Assembly: GCF_001447785.1 (NCBI RefSeq)
Contig: NW_015163111.1
Coordinates: forward strand, 1 to 64,000
Length of the DNA: 64,000 nt
Origin: Gekko japonicus
Lineage: Eukaryota
Direction: 5' to 3'
Part shown: one piece after another, positions 14,880 to 26,020 of the stretch
Position numbering within the stretch: the stretch's first letter is position 1
How the letters are laid out: each line of letters opens with the position of its first letter
The notes under the pieces: generated by a model
Databases searched by the model: none
What the model saw: only the letters and a program-made list of their open reading frames with translations
What the model was told of the DNA's origin: nothing
Program-made: the position numbers and the translations under genes

Positions 14880-15440
14880 ACCTCTTCAGGGTAATCGTTC
14901 CACAGAGTGGCAGCCGCAATGGAGGAGGCTTGGCCTCTGGTGATACTGGGTGGGCTATCTTAAGCGGGGGAACAGCCAGTAGATGGCAGCCTGAGGACCG
15001 TAGTTGGCCCATAGGGACATAGGGGAGGAGATGGTCCTTCAAATATGTGACCTCAGGTTGGGAAGAGATTTAAAGGTCATAGCCAGCATTTTGATTTGAA
15101 CTCAGAAACTTAAGTGGCAGCCAACACAGCTGTTTTAAGATACACAAGATAATGTGCCTACCAGCTAGGCCAACAATAGTCGGGCTGCCACATTCTGAAC
15201 CAGCTGAAGTTTCTGGATTGTCTTCAAGGGAAGCTCAATGCAGGACACATTACAGTTTGCCTAACAGCAAGGTTTCAAAAGCATGGATCAGCATAGCCAG
15301 ATCAGTTAAAGGTTAAGAGTAGGTGACCCAGATGCAGATGATAGATGATCAGCCTCCTCCTCACCACATATAAAGTTGGGTCCATGAGCACCCCCAAGCT
15401 CTTGACCTACTCTGCAAATGCCAACTCCACTCCACCCACT
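14880..15440 (-). mobile_element. Degenerate L2 fragment, host of the CR1; its 3' part is at about 12243-12470
   Basis: Similar to 2700-3020 (gctgccacattctgaaccagctg, ttcaagggaagc). Confidence 0.65.
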
Positions 15441-18400
15441 ACAATCCACTTCTAAAACATCAATCTCTTCTGGATTCACGTAGGGCATTGTAGAGAACAG
15501 GTCAGGAAAAGTGATGTGAATGAACATAAAGTTACACACTGTGTACAGTCTCAAAATGTAAACACCAAGTCATTGATAAAAGACTTGGAATATTCTGCAT
15601 ATTCCAAAACCAACCAAGTGTTTACATGCTGATCCAATGCACTTCTTTTTCCAAGGAAGAACCAGAATTGGTTTTGGCACAATTAGACTGTGGGTTCTTT
15701 TATTTATTTATTTTTAACTTCTGCAAGAATTTTAAGGAAAAATTTACTCTGATATATCAGGCCTTGTTATTATTACAAAGGAGAAATTCTGCAGAACTTT
15801 CAAAGCATGAACTATTATGCAATTTCTCATTTTGCAGTTCCTCACAATTAGGAATTGGGATGCAATGTCCTTTCCCCCATAGCAGCTCCTATTAAGACTG
15901 CATAAGGAAGGAAGAGTGGTTGAGTAACATATGGATTATTTGTATAATGAGCAACTTATTAATCACTTCAGCCTCTGATTTCTTAAGTTCAAGAACTGTA
16001 GAACTGCTGAACTGAAGGTTCTTAACTAACTTCTTCACTAACTTCTTAACTCCCTTCATTTCAGGGTGAGAGCAGTTATGTCAACAACACCAGGACTGCT
16101 TTCCCTGACTGAGTTTCACAGTGCCACAGAGAAAATAATGACATCTTGGTATAATCCAAACAGTAGAATGTCTAGCAAGGATGTGTGACTGAAGGATGTG
16201 GTGATCCCTTATTCTGACAGATGGGGAGTTGTGATTTCAGGATAATATCCTTGGAATACTGCTGGTAAAGAAAACCAAAGCAAGTAAGCAAAACAAGGCC
16301 CAGTTCAAAGAGAACAGTAGCACTCCCAGAGCCCCTATGAATATGAGTTCCCTGGCTGGATCAGAGCATAGTCTCCTCAGTTCAGTGGCTACCCCAACAC
16401 TTCTAGAAGCTGAGAACCATGCGTGTAAAATAAAGCGCCCTCACCCTGTAGCCTGCCCTTTATAGGCGGTCTGTACATTACACCCATATATTGTTGTTGA
16501 ACGTGGAAGGTCCTTTGTAGGTATTACAGCCAATGGCCACTGACAGACTGTTGGCATCTACTACATTATTTCACACTTTCCATGAGTGGCTCACGGTGGC
16601 ATACATGGCTCTCCCTGCCTTTATTTTCTCCTCAGAACAATCCTGTAAGGTAGTTTAAGACAAGAAAACAGACAGCAAGTGTCCAAAGTCACCCAAGTTG
16701 CTCACCCTTGTCAACAGACACAGTGATTCCCAATACGATGCCCGTGGGCACCACTGTGATATCTGCTGATGTGTTTCCTGGTACCTATGTTCCTCTGTCT
16801 CAAAGCAAACAGCCAATCCTGCCTTTCCATCTTAATGGAGCAGAAGGCATTAAAGAAACACCTTTGTAACTTCCTGATGCATCCATTTGGAAACAACTGT
16901 CACCATTACAGGACAATACCTTCTGATTAGCCCCAGACCTTATGACAACCATTTTGTTGATTGCTGTGCTTTCCATGGAAGCCATTTTGCGGTGGTGCCC
17001 ACTAGCACTTCTCAAAATTCTGAAAGTGCCCATACAGTCAACAAGGTAGGGGTATTCCTACTCTAACCACTATGCAACACTAGCTCTCCACACATCTACA
17101 TCAGCAACAACAATAAATACATACGTTGGTAACCGAGTCTATAATTTGGTTATAGCTCCTGCTTCTTATTTTCCTGTGCTTTGTCACTTGAGAGAAGACA
17201 GTATGCACACTGAATTCATAAACCACACAGGACAAAAAAGAAAGAGATGGGATGTGTGCAAGGCCAGCGATTTCTGCTGCAACCTATGAACACTAGATTG
17301 GGCCCAGAACTGCAAGATCATGACACAGATACCTAGGTTTCTAGGCATGCCAGAGTTCCCTTTCAAAACAGCTTCAACCTTATTTTTGCATGCAGATTGC
17401 TAGAATGGGTTGGGTACCTTGCATTACACCAGTTACTGTAGTAGCCTGTAGTTTAAACTCCACAGAGTTCATCCTCAAGCATTTCTGGCATTGTTAGATG
17501 TGAGTGGCAGTGCCAGTGGCCAGGCCTGCTGAATATATAGGGTGATACAAGTCAGTTCACTTTAGTAGCTACAGGGTGGTTAAAGATACTGCCTCATTAC
17601 CACTAAATGTCATGTTTTTACTGCCTCGCTTCTCATGACATGATATGCGTCCCCAGAGTCACACGGGTAGGGATTGCTTGCAACAGCTGAACAGCACAGA
17701 AGAGCAATTTGGCAAAGGGCTGCTGGGCAATACTTGGCAACCATAATCTCAGCCCAAAGCAGAGACCAGCCTGAGCCTAGTCTGGGTTTTGATTACAGCT
17801 GCTGCTTCCTGGCCCATGTGCCTCATGTGCTCTCTTCAGTAGCACACCTAATATGGGACTGAATGGGTCAAGCATGGTGGGACAGGGACGGGGGTCAGAT
17901 GATGTTAATATGTGTTGACTATGTTTTTATCCTCAGCTCAGGGCTCCATATACAGGTCTCCGTCCTGTGCCATTTCATCTTCATAAGTGGAGTTTTGAAC
18001 TGATGCCTCCAAAGGCCTAGCCCAACACTCTGTAACCACTGCACCACATTGACTCTCAGCTGGCCTCAAAAGGAACATATACTATGCATACATATTTTGA
18101 TAGAAAAATGTGTCATCTTCCCAGTTGCCAATAGAGATATGGTACTGCTAAAAACAGGCATGAGTACTTTGAGACTACTGTTTTCCCCCTTCTGTTTTAC
18201 TAAAGAGGGGGGGGGCAGGCATTCACAATTTCCCATTATTTTTCTTGGAAAACATGTTTATCTCACAAACATCATTTAACCCCAAGGTAATGCAGTAAGA
18301 ACTAGGTCCCCACTGGGATATGTTTGCTTGACAACAACGTTTAAATAAAGGTTTAAACATCTTAAATAAAGGTTCTGGAGCTCAAGCTAAAGTCTGATTT

Positions 18401-19549
18401 AATGTCATGTTGGTAAGGCAAAAGAGCTTGATTGAGCAACTTTACACCAGCTCAGAGTTTCATTTAAACTGTGTTACAACCCATACAAAACAAGCTACAT
18501 GTGCTCAATTTGAACCACAGAGATCTGTGGTCCTTTGTGAATATTGTGCTGGCATGCTAATGAAGCCACTGTTGCTTTTAAACCAGGTCTAACTGTATGG
18601 CTGTAAGTGTACTCTGCATATGCTCAGTGGCACTTTTCTTCATTATTATTTCAAAACATTCCAGGATTCAGCCTTGGTATTACAACTGTATTCAGAATCA
18701 GACCTAGATACAAATTGAAGCCTTAGTTTTTTCTTTTTAAAAGTGGGGCTGGATCCCTTTCCAGGTTAAATGACACACAAATTCCAAACTACATCAAAAC
18801 ATTCTGTTGGCCGCTCCCTTAGTTGGAAAGTATTTGACTTATGGAAACAATCTCCCTCTGTCAATATTTTATTTTTCCATTTTGGAATGGGAAGTGGTCT
18901 GATTGGAGTATGATAAAAAGTGTGTCAAGCCTGCAGTTAGGGCATATCTCTTATTTCAAAATACATCCGTTCGAAAAAGGGCAGGGTTTCACAGCATCCA
19001 AGGCTCTGAATAAAATACCCATTCTCATACGATATGAAATATCTACAAACTGATAAAGAACCTTTGGCGAAAGGTACAAATCCCGAACAAATTAGCATCT
19101 AGCACTTTGACAGGATGTGGCTGCAAGAGAACTTCCTGTACTACTCCCGGTTCCTGGGAAAAAATCAGAAATGTGGCAGTTTTAGCAAAAAGATGGCAGA
19201 ATCCGCCCTCTTCCCTCTATCAGTTTTGAACTGTACCATTAACCTGCCCACAAATGCGCTGAAATCAGGCACTTGCTATGCCTGGTGGGGGAACAAGCTA
19301 AGTAAACGAACATGCCCATCCCCTATTACCAGCTCCATAAGGTAACTTCTAATGTGGAGAGGAATCTATGATCAGTGCTTAATTTCTGAAAAGGGTTGAA
19401 AGCCTCAAGCTTGTCTGAGCAGCCGGGAACTATGACCTGAAAACCTTGTCTATAATGCCAAGGTGTGTAGGAAGGTGGAAGGCATGCATTCTGCACATGC
19501 TCAGAGGAACGGCTCTTTTTATTTCACGGGCCCTCAAACAAACAGGTTA

Positions 19550-20900
19550 CAGGCCCGGCGTTGCCTCTGCATCTCTAGTTCGAATTAAAGCCCACTGTAC
19601 ATGAGGCCGCTGGGAAGTTTGTTCCCGGTTTCTGAAAAAGTAAGCTCTTCCGAGTGACCGAGGAAGGGAGGTTGCGAGAGAATCGCTTGCGAGCATTTCC
19701 CCACAGGGGGGGGGGGGGCAAGGGCTTCTGGCGAGCGGTATGTGAAAACAAGGAGTGGGTCCTAGTAGTCAGATCCCTCGGGGGCTTCAGAATCGTACTC
19801 ACCATTTCTTGCCGGAGGAGGTGAAGTTTGGTCTCCAGTCGTTCTAGGGCACTGGAGCTGTGGCCGCGGAGTATGGCGGGGGCTCTTGGGGCCAAGGAGG
19901 CGGGGAAGCCGGCGGGAGCGGGACCACGTCCTCCGCCGGGTTGCTCGCGGTCCTTCTCGCCCTTGCCGGCGACCGGCTCCTCCCCCCGCAGAGAGCGCAC
20001 AAGGCTCTCGGGGACTTTGCGCCCCAGCTTGAGCTCGATGTCGCGCAGATCTGGCAGGCAGCAATCTTCCATGGCTTTTGAATCAAGGAGGCTTTTCGGA
20101 TTAAGAAGAGCTGCCGGCGGCGGCAGAGGAGAAGGCGCTCCAGTCCAGTCCGAGCCCTTTTAGCCGCACTGCCCGCCACTCGCCGACCTCTCCATGTTAG
20201 TCCCGTTTAGGTAATCCGCCCGAGCAGCGCCAGTCACAGGTGGGGGTGGAAGGGAGGGGAAGGACAGCAAGCCGGCCAGGTGACCCGCCGCAGGAGACAA
20301 GCAGAGTCGCTGCCTCTTTCCGGCAGCTGCATTATTTGGATTGCAAACTCCGGCCCTTGGGGTGGCGGCGAGGGCGTTGTTGCAGGAAGCAGGCGAACCC
20401 GCGCGCTACGCTGCCGGTCGGACGGCTGCCGGGCCTTTGGCTGGGCTCTGGGAAGCGGCAGTAGCAAGCGAGCAACCCCTCCGGGAAGCTCAGGGAGGAA
20501 CAGGGGCTGAGTGCATAGCTCCCCCCCCCCCAGCCGCCCGCCCCGTATGACACTCCCGTCTGGGTGTGCTGGAGGAACAGAAGCACGGAAGGATGACCAG
20601 GCTCAGCGCGCGTGTGGGTAGAGCTCCCTCTACATCCCCCAGAAATTCTGCAAAGATTCCTCAACCGCAAGTTCGATCCAAATCGCTGAGTTTTCCAGAA
20701 AAACCGAAACTTTACGCCGTAGTGACAGGTGGACCTCAAAGAGGGCCAGCCCTTCTACCGTAATGCCCGTACAAGAAGCGCCTTTCCTTACCCTTCAACC
20801 CTGCAGGGGCCTCGCCCCCCTCCCCGTTTATCTTTAGCACTGGTCACAGGGCCGGCCCCAGGTTTTTTCGCACACTAGGCGAGGATACCTTCTGGCGCCC
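19550..20900 (-). promoter_or_regulatory. LURAP1L CpG-island promoter, 5'UTR and exon 1
   Basis: GC/CpG-rich block surrounding the start codon. Confidence 0.85.
19803..20072 (-). CDS. LURAP1L: Leucine-rich adaptor protein 1-like, coding exon 1
   Basis: MEDCCLPDLRDIELKLGRKVPESLVRSLRGEE...SSALERLETKLHLLRQEM matches the LURAP1L N-terminus. Phase-0 donor ATG|gtgagt. Lies downstream of TYRP1 on the same strand, as in other amniotes. Confidence 0.95.
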
Positions 20901-21365
20901 CCCCCCCCCCCCCCCCCCCCAATTTTCAAACATAAATGCATTTTAGGAAGAATGAACAGCAGCAAATCTGAAAGGTTGTGAGGTCGGTGGGGCTGAGAGA
21001 GCTCTTTCGAGGACTGCCCTTGAGAGAACAGCTCTGAGAGAACTTGTGACTGAGCCAAGGCCACACTAGCAGCTGCATGTGGAGGAGGAGTGGGGGAAAA
21101 CAACCCGGGTCACCCAGATTAGAGTCTGCGCTCCTAACCACTAATCCCTGTAGGTGGGGAGGCCAGTGGCTCCTGCTCCTCCAAGAGGAGGACTGCTGCG
21201 CTTCTGAGTGCACTGAAAGACCCAACAGCGTGTGGCAGTCACCCACCCGGTCAAGAAAGTTGCAGGGCTCTTACCGGGGGGGGGGGGGGGGGGCGGGTTG
21301 GGGTGCCTAAGGGCCGGCGCACTCTAGGCAAGCGCCTAGTTCGCCTAGTGAGCGAGCCGGCCCTG
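20847..21365. mobile_element. hAT-like element with cagggccggc / gccggccctg ends containing a SINE
   Basis: 10-bp TIR; no matching TSD. Confidence 0.45.
20976..21145 (-). mobile_element. Partial Squam3/MIR-like SINE
   Basis: Same core as 44996-45266. Confidence 0.7.
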
Positions 21366-23196
21366 GCCCTTCCTAGTCCTGATCCAACACCTGTAAATTA
21401 TACTTCTGTCCCATGACAAGGGGGGGGGGAAGCCTGGGGTGGGATCATTTCTGCAGTTTTGTTGAGTTTGCCTACAGTTTATATAGAATCCTGAAGAATG
21501 TGTGCAGGCTCATTTGCCAGGGGAGGGATTTACTGGGGTAGCAGGTAGAGAAGTTCAAATGATCCACGAAGAAGCCTGACCAGTAGCTTTGATGGTGGGC
21601 ATCAGCTCAGGCTTTGTGCAGGAGTCAGCAGGTGAGCTGACGTTGGTCACTGTTGTCACTGAGAGTCTCCAGCTTTCCGGGGCTTGGCACTGCATGCGCC
21701 TGAAGTGGCCCAGGGGAACATTCCCAGTCAGTCACAGTGTCAGTCTGCCCTGGACATTTCCATGCAAATGGAAAGCCACTTGGGCACCATTACAGGTTTT
21801 ATGAATAAAAAGAAAGCATAGATTAAAAAGAAACCCCCCCACACACCAAAATTGGACCTGACACTCGAAACCCCAGTATGATGCCAGCTCTCTCACTTCC
21901 TTCAAATCTGTCAGCAAAAGCCACCTTTTTGGTGTAGACTTGGGCACATCTCCCGAGAGTGAAACAACTTGTACATGGAAGATCCCTAACTGGAATTCCT
22001 GACATTTTCTTTAATGTGAAAAAGTAGGACGGGGAGGGCCCTTTATTTGCAGGCAACAGATTTGAAAAGAATATAATTCATTCATTTTTTTTGGGGGGGG
22101 GGGAGGATACAAAGAACTAGTTAGTGTGGTGAAACCCAATCAACTTTTCTGACTTTTGAGGAGGAGATATTCATGTATGCTCCTTCTTGGAGAAAGGACA
22201 GAGTAAAAATGTAGATGATCGGTAGATGCCCGAAGGACTGTGTCACATGCCCATAGATGAATCTTCCTGAGATGGCCTAAAGACAAATAAGATATGAGGT
22301 CCCTAAGCTCCTGTTAATGACCAAGGCCTGATTTGTTACGCAAATGATGTGAGAACAACTTCCCCATGACCTAGTTCTGTAGTACTCTCATAATATGTAT
22401 TTGGAAGAACCATATGGGAAAGCAAATTTATAATTTATTTCTGAGGGTGTTTATTAATTTGCTTCCCTCCTCCCCACCTGACAAATGACATGATTCCTTC
22501 CTGCATAATTGTTATAGTCTCCGATGGATGTTTGTGTGGAAAGGAAACTCATAATTCATTCTACTGAATATGGTTTCTCTGTACCAGTGATTCCCCAGCT
22601 GTATGTCATGAGGGAAGATGGTTTTTTGTGTGTAAAATTTAACCTTCATATTGGATGCATCCACCACTTTGTCCCCATTAGGGCTTGGTGGGCCCAGACA
22701 GCATTGACATCCACCCCACCAATATATAGGAAACAACAAATCATCGTGATCAAAAGCCCTTTCCACAGGGGTTTTAACAGGCATGGTGGAGTTCTAGAGG
22801 CAACATCATTGCCCCGAAAGCATAGTCCCATTCCTCAGAGGAGGCTGTGAAGTCAGATGGTGATGATAACTGGGTGGTCCCACAGTTGTAAAGAAGATGT
22901 TATCTATTTGTTTGGGAGCAGATCAAGGCACTGAGTTGGATCCAGCAATGCAATAAGCAGAGGAAAAGAAGTTTTCCCAAATGCAGTTCTGCTTGCCCAA
23001 GACTGAAAGAGTGAGCAGCATTGTTTTTTCCTTTCCAATCAGTGTCACTGTATGGGGGGGGGGGAGGCAAAAAGCTGTTTTATGCAGTCATTACAGTCCA
23101 ATTTGGAGTCCCAATTTTATGGAATCATTACAGTCCAATTTGGAGCTGCGAGGTGACAGTGGGATCAACAAAGGTCATTATTGGAGGGGGAGGTTT

Positions 23197-23490
23197 GCTG
23201 AAATATACATAAAGACACACACACACACAAAATCAGCATTTATTACAATTGAAGATAAGCCAAAATATTTCTCTATCTATCTGTCTCTGTCTGTCTGTCT
23301 GTCTGTCTGTATGTCTACACATACACACACAGTAAGAGTGAGGTGAGCTGAAATATACATAAAGACACACACACACACAAAATCAGCATTTATTACAATT
23401 GAAGATAAGCCGAAATATTTCTCTATCTGTCTCTGTCTGTATGTCTGTCTGTATGTCTACACATACACACACAGTGAGAGTGAGGTGAGC
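23197..23490. repeat. Tandem duplication, two units of about 147 bp
   Basis: gctgaaatatacataaagacacac...gagtgaggtga occurs twice, with embedded CA and TCTG microsatellites. Confidence 0.92.
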
Positions 23491-23649
23491 TTCCTTTTTA
23501 AAGTAAAAAAACCCCCAAACCGTGTTGGTGACCTAGACATGCTTCCTCTGTCCTCATTTCTGACAGTGTGCCAAGGAATACTACTGTCAGGCTGGCTCCC
23601 TCTCCTTTCCACAGGCTGCAACAAGCCCCATTCTATGTTTTCCCCTCAA

Positions 23650-23993
23650 ATGGCTGTGCCCCGCCCCCAGCGTGCCCGACGTCATGACGTCACTTCCCTG
23701 TGACGTGCATGCGGCGCCCGCGCGCCGGGAGCCAGCACAAAGTCCCCCGCCAGCAGAGGTAAGTTGATTTGGCAACCCTATGCCAGCCTCCAGGTGGGGC
23801 CTGAGGATCTCCCGCTTTTACCACTGATCTCCAGCTGACAGAGATCAGCTCCTCTGGAGAAAATGGCTGCTTTGAAGGGTTGACTCTATGGCATTGTACC
23901 ATGCTGAGGCCCCTCCCCTCCCCAAACCCTCCCCTCTCCTGGATCCACCCCCAAAGTCTCCAGATATTTTCCAGTGCAGACCTGGCAACCCTA
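23650..23993. mobile_element. Two adjacent Tip100-like MITE pieces; related copies at about 6176-6408, 26090-26333, 37943-38155 and 58676-58920
   Basis: ggcaacccta termini at 23771-23780 and 23984-23993; shared core acagagatcag...ctggagaaaatgg. Confidence 0.75.
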
Positions 23994-25801
23994 GCTGTGA
24001 TCCAGGTTACAGGTGTCAAAAGAAGGAGTGCTTTTGTAGTGCAATGCAGTTTGGGAATTACTGCAGTAGAGGAACCAAGTGGGAAGGATGAATGATGGCT
24101 TCCTTCCCACACAAACTTTCTGCTGGGAGAATTCATGTATTATTGAAGCAATGAGGGAGCAGACCACAGGGAGGCTGTTCACATGCTTCTGCTTTAATGA
24201 ATTGGGCCTGAATGACGGAGCATTTTCCTGAGCAGAGATATATCACATAGTGCTATTACTTTTGTAGCCACAGAATGCAAGCCCAAAGGAATCACAACAG
24301 AACTCCTCTGTGACTGAAATCAATAAAAATGTAGCCATTATCTCAAAATGAAAGCAGGTTTATAGGCCTAATAAGGCCACCAATTTTGCTTGCTGTTATC
24401 CTAGTAAGGCTGAGGCATGAGGGATTCCTTGAATTCACTGCATTATTGCCAGACTCCAGGGAACAGGCTAAACAGCTTTAACTGGTTTTTATTTGTTTTG
24501 GGTTTTTTCCCTCTTACATGTTCTGTTCTACTGCCATTTAAAAGGATAGCAGCTGATCTGCTCAGTTTATTTTTTTTCCTTCAGGCCTTAGTAACATGGA
24601 CAAATGGAACATGATACTGTCTGTCATGGTGGATAAAACGTTGTAATCTAAGTATCAGAAAGAAAGCTGATCTCTTTACATAATGAAGAAACGTTTTTAT
24701 TTTTTTTAAAGTGTTCTACAGTACTACATCCATATAGAAACCAAGAACTAGCCTTTATTTGGAAACTGTTTGAATCAGGAGGTTATCTACTTTGGAAGTT
24801 TAGAAGAACTCTGATGTTCTAGGTAATATCACAAAGTGATTAGATTAAGAGGACAGAGGTTATTGACCTTGTACGGAATATAGTTATTCCTATTCATTTT
24901 CTTCAAGCACCTGACTTACAGCCTTTCCGCAAAAAGAAAGAATCAGCTGTCAACCCTGGAGACTTAATTGGTGCTGTGTGTACTTCTGGACAGACCTGGA
25001 TTTACACAGAAGCTAAGTAAACTACAGTTTACATTCTCAGATGACAAGGACCTCGAAAGAACATTATTCCCCCCCACGCAGTGTCAGAATTCCAAAGGCG
25101 CCTGCGGGCTCAAAAAGGTTGGGTATGCCAGTTCTAAACCTTTTCATTTATTTAGATATTAATACACAGCTTGTCTCCCTAGATCCAAAGCAGTTTGCAA
25201 CATGGTTTTCTCCTCCCCCTGTGAGGTGGGTTAGGCTGAGACAGTGACTGGCCTTAAATCACCTAGCAAGCTTCCCTGGTTGAATGCCTTTCCCCTGCCT
25301 GTGGCTTACCTCTGTGTTGCCTGTTTTCTTCATATGCTTCTCCCCCCTCACTGAGTTCAAATATGAGAAGCGAGTTTGGCTGACAGAAAAGAGCTTGAGG
25401 TGAGAGGCTGTAAGAACGTAAAAGTTTGGTGCAGAAATGGTTCATCTCCCTTATCTGCGTACCTCTTTTGTTTTAAGAATTGGACTGCTAGTCTTAATTT
25501 TACATATCATTGGGCCAGACTCAAGTTTAAACAAATAGGTCTACCTTAGTTACATCGAGTATAACCTTTAGTCTAATCTTAAACAATGAGGGTAATTCAA
25601 GAATCTTAGGACTTGGCCCAGGTAGGGGTTGCCAGCTCTGGGCTGGGAAATACAAGGAGACTTGGGGGGGGGTGGAGCCTAGGGAGGATGGGGTTTGGGA
25701 GGCTGTGCATAATGCCATGGAGTCCATCCTCCAAAGCAGCCATTTTCTCCAGGGGAACAGATCTCTGTCGCCTGGAGCTCAGTTGTAATAGCAGGCAACC
25801 C

Positions 25802-26020
25802 TAGGGTTGCCAAGTCGGAAATCGTCGGGAGCGGGGGACATAGAGTTTCCCCCTCGGATGGTCATGGCTCCGCCCCCAGCGTGCCCGGTGTCATAACGTC
25901 ACTTCCTGGTCACGCACACGCCGGGGTGGGGTTTCCCCCCGGGGCCCGATCTGCCGGCGGCGGGGAACGGGCCTCTGGGGCGGGGTTTCCCCCACCCCCT
26001 GGGGGGACTTGGCAGCCCTA
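25802..26020. mobile_element. Tip100-like MITE nested in the TIR of another (25623-26030)
   Basis: TIR tagggttgccaagtc / gacttggcagcccta; perfect TSD ggcaaccc. Confidence 0.88.

Noticed and set aside
1-19500. LURAP1L exon 2
   Set aside because: No VNLRATDV-like coding sequence was found; it probably lies left of the window.
19575-19802. C-terminal part of the 165-aa LURAP1L ORF
   Set aside because: Read-through past the gtgagt donor into intron 1.
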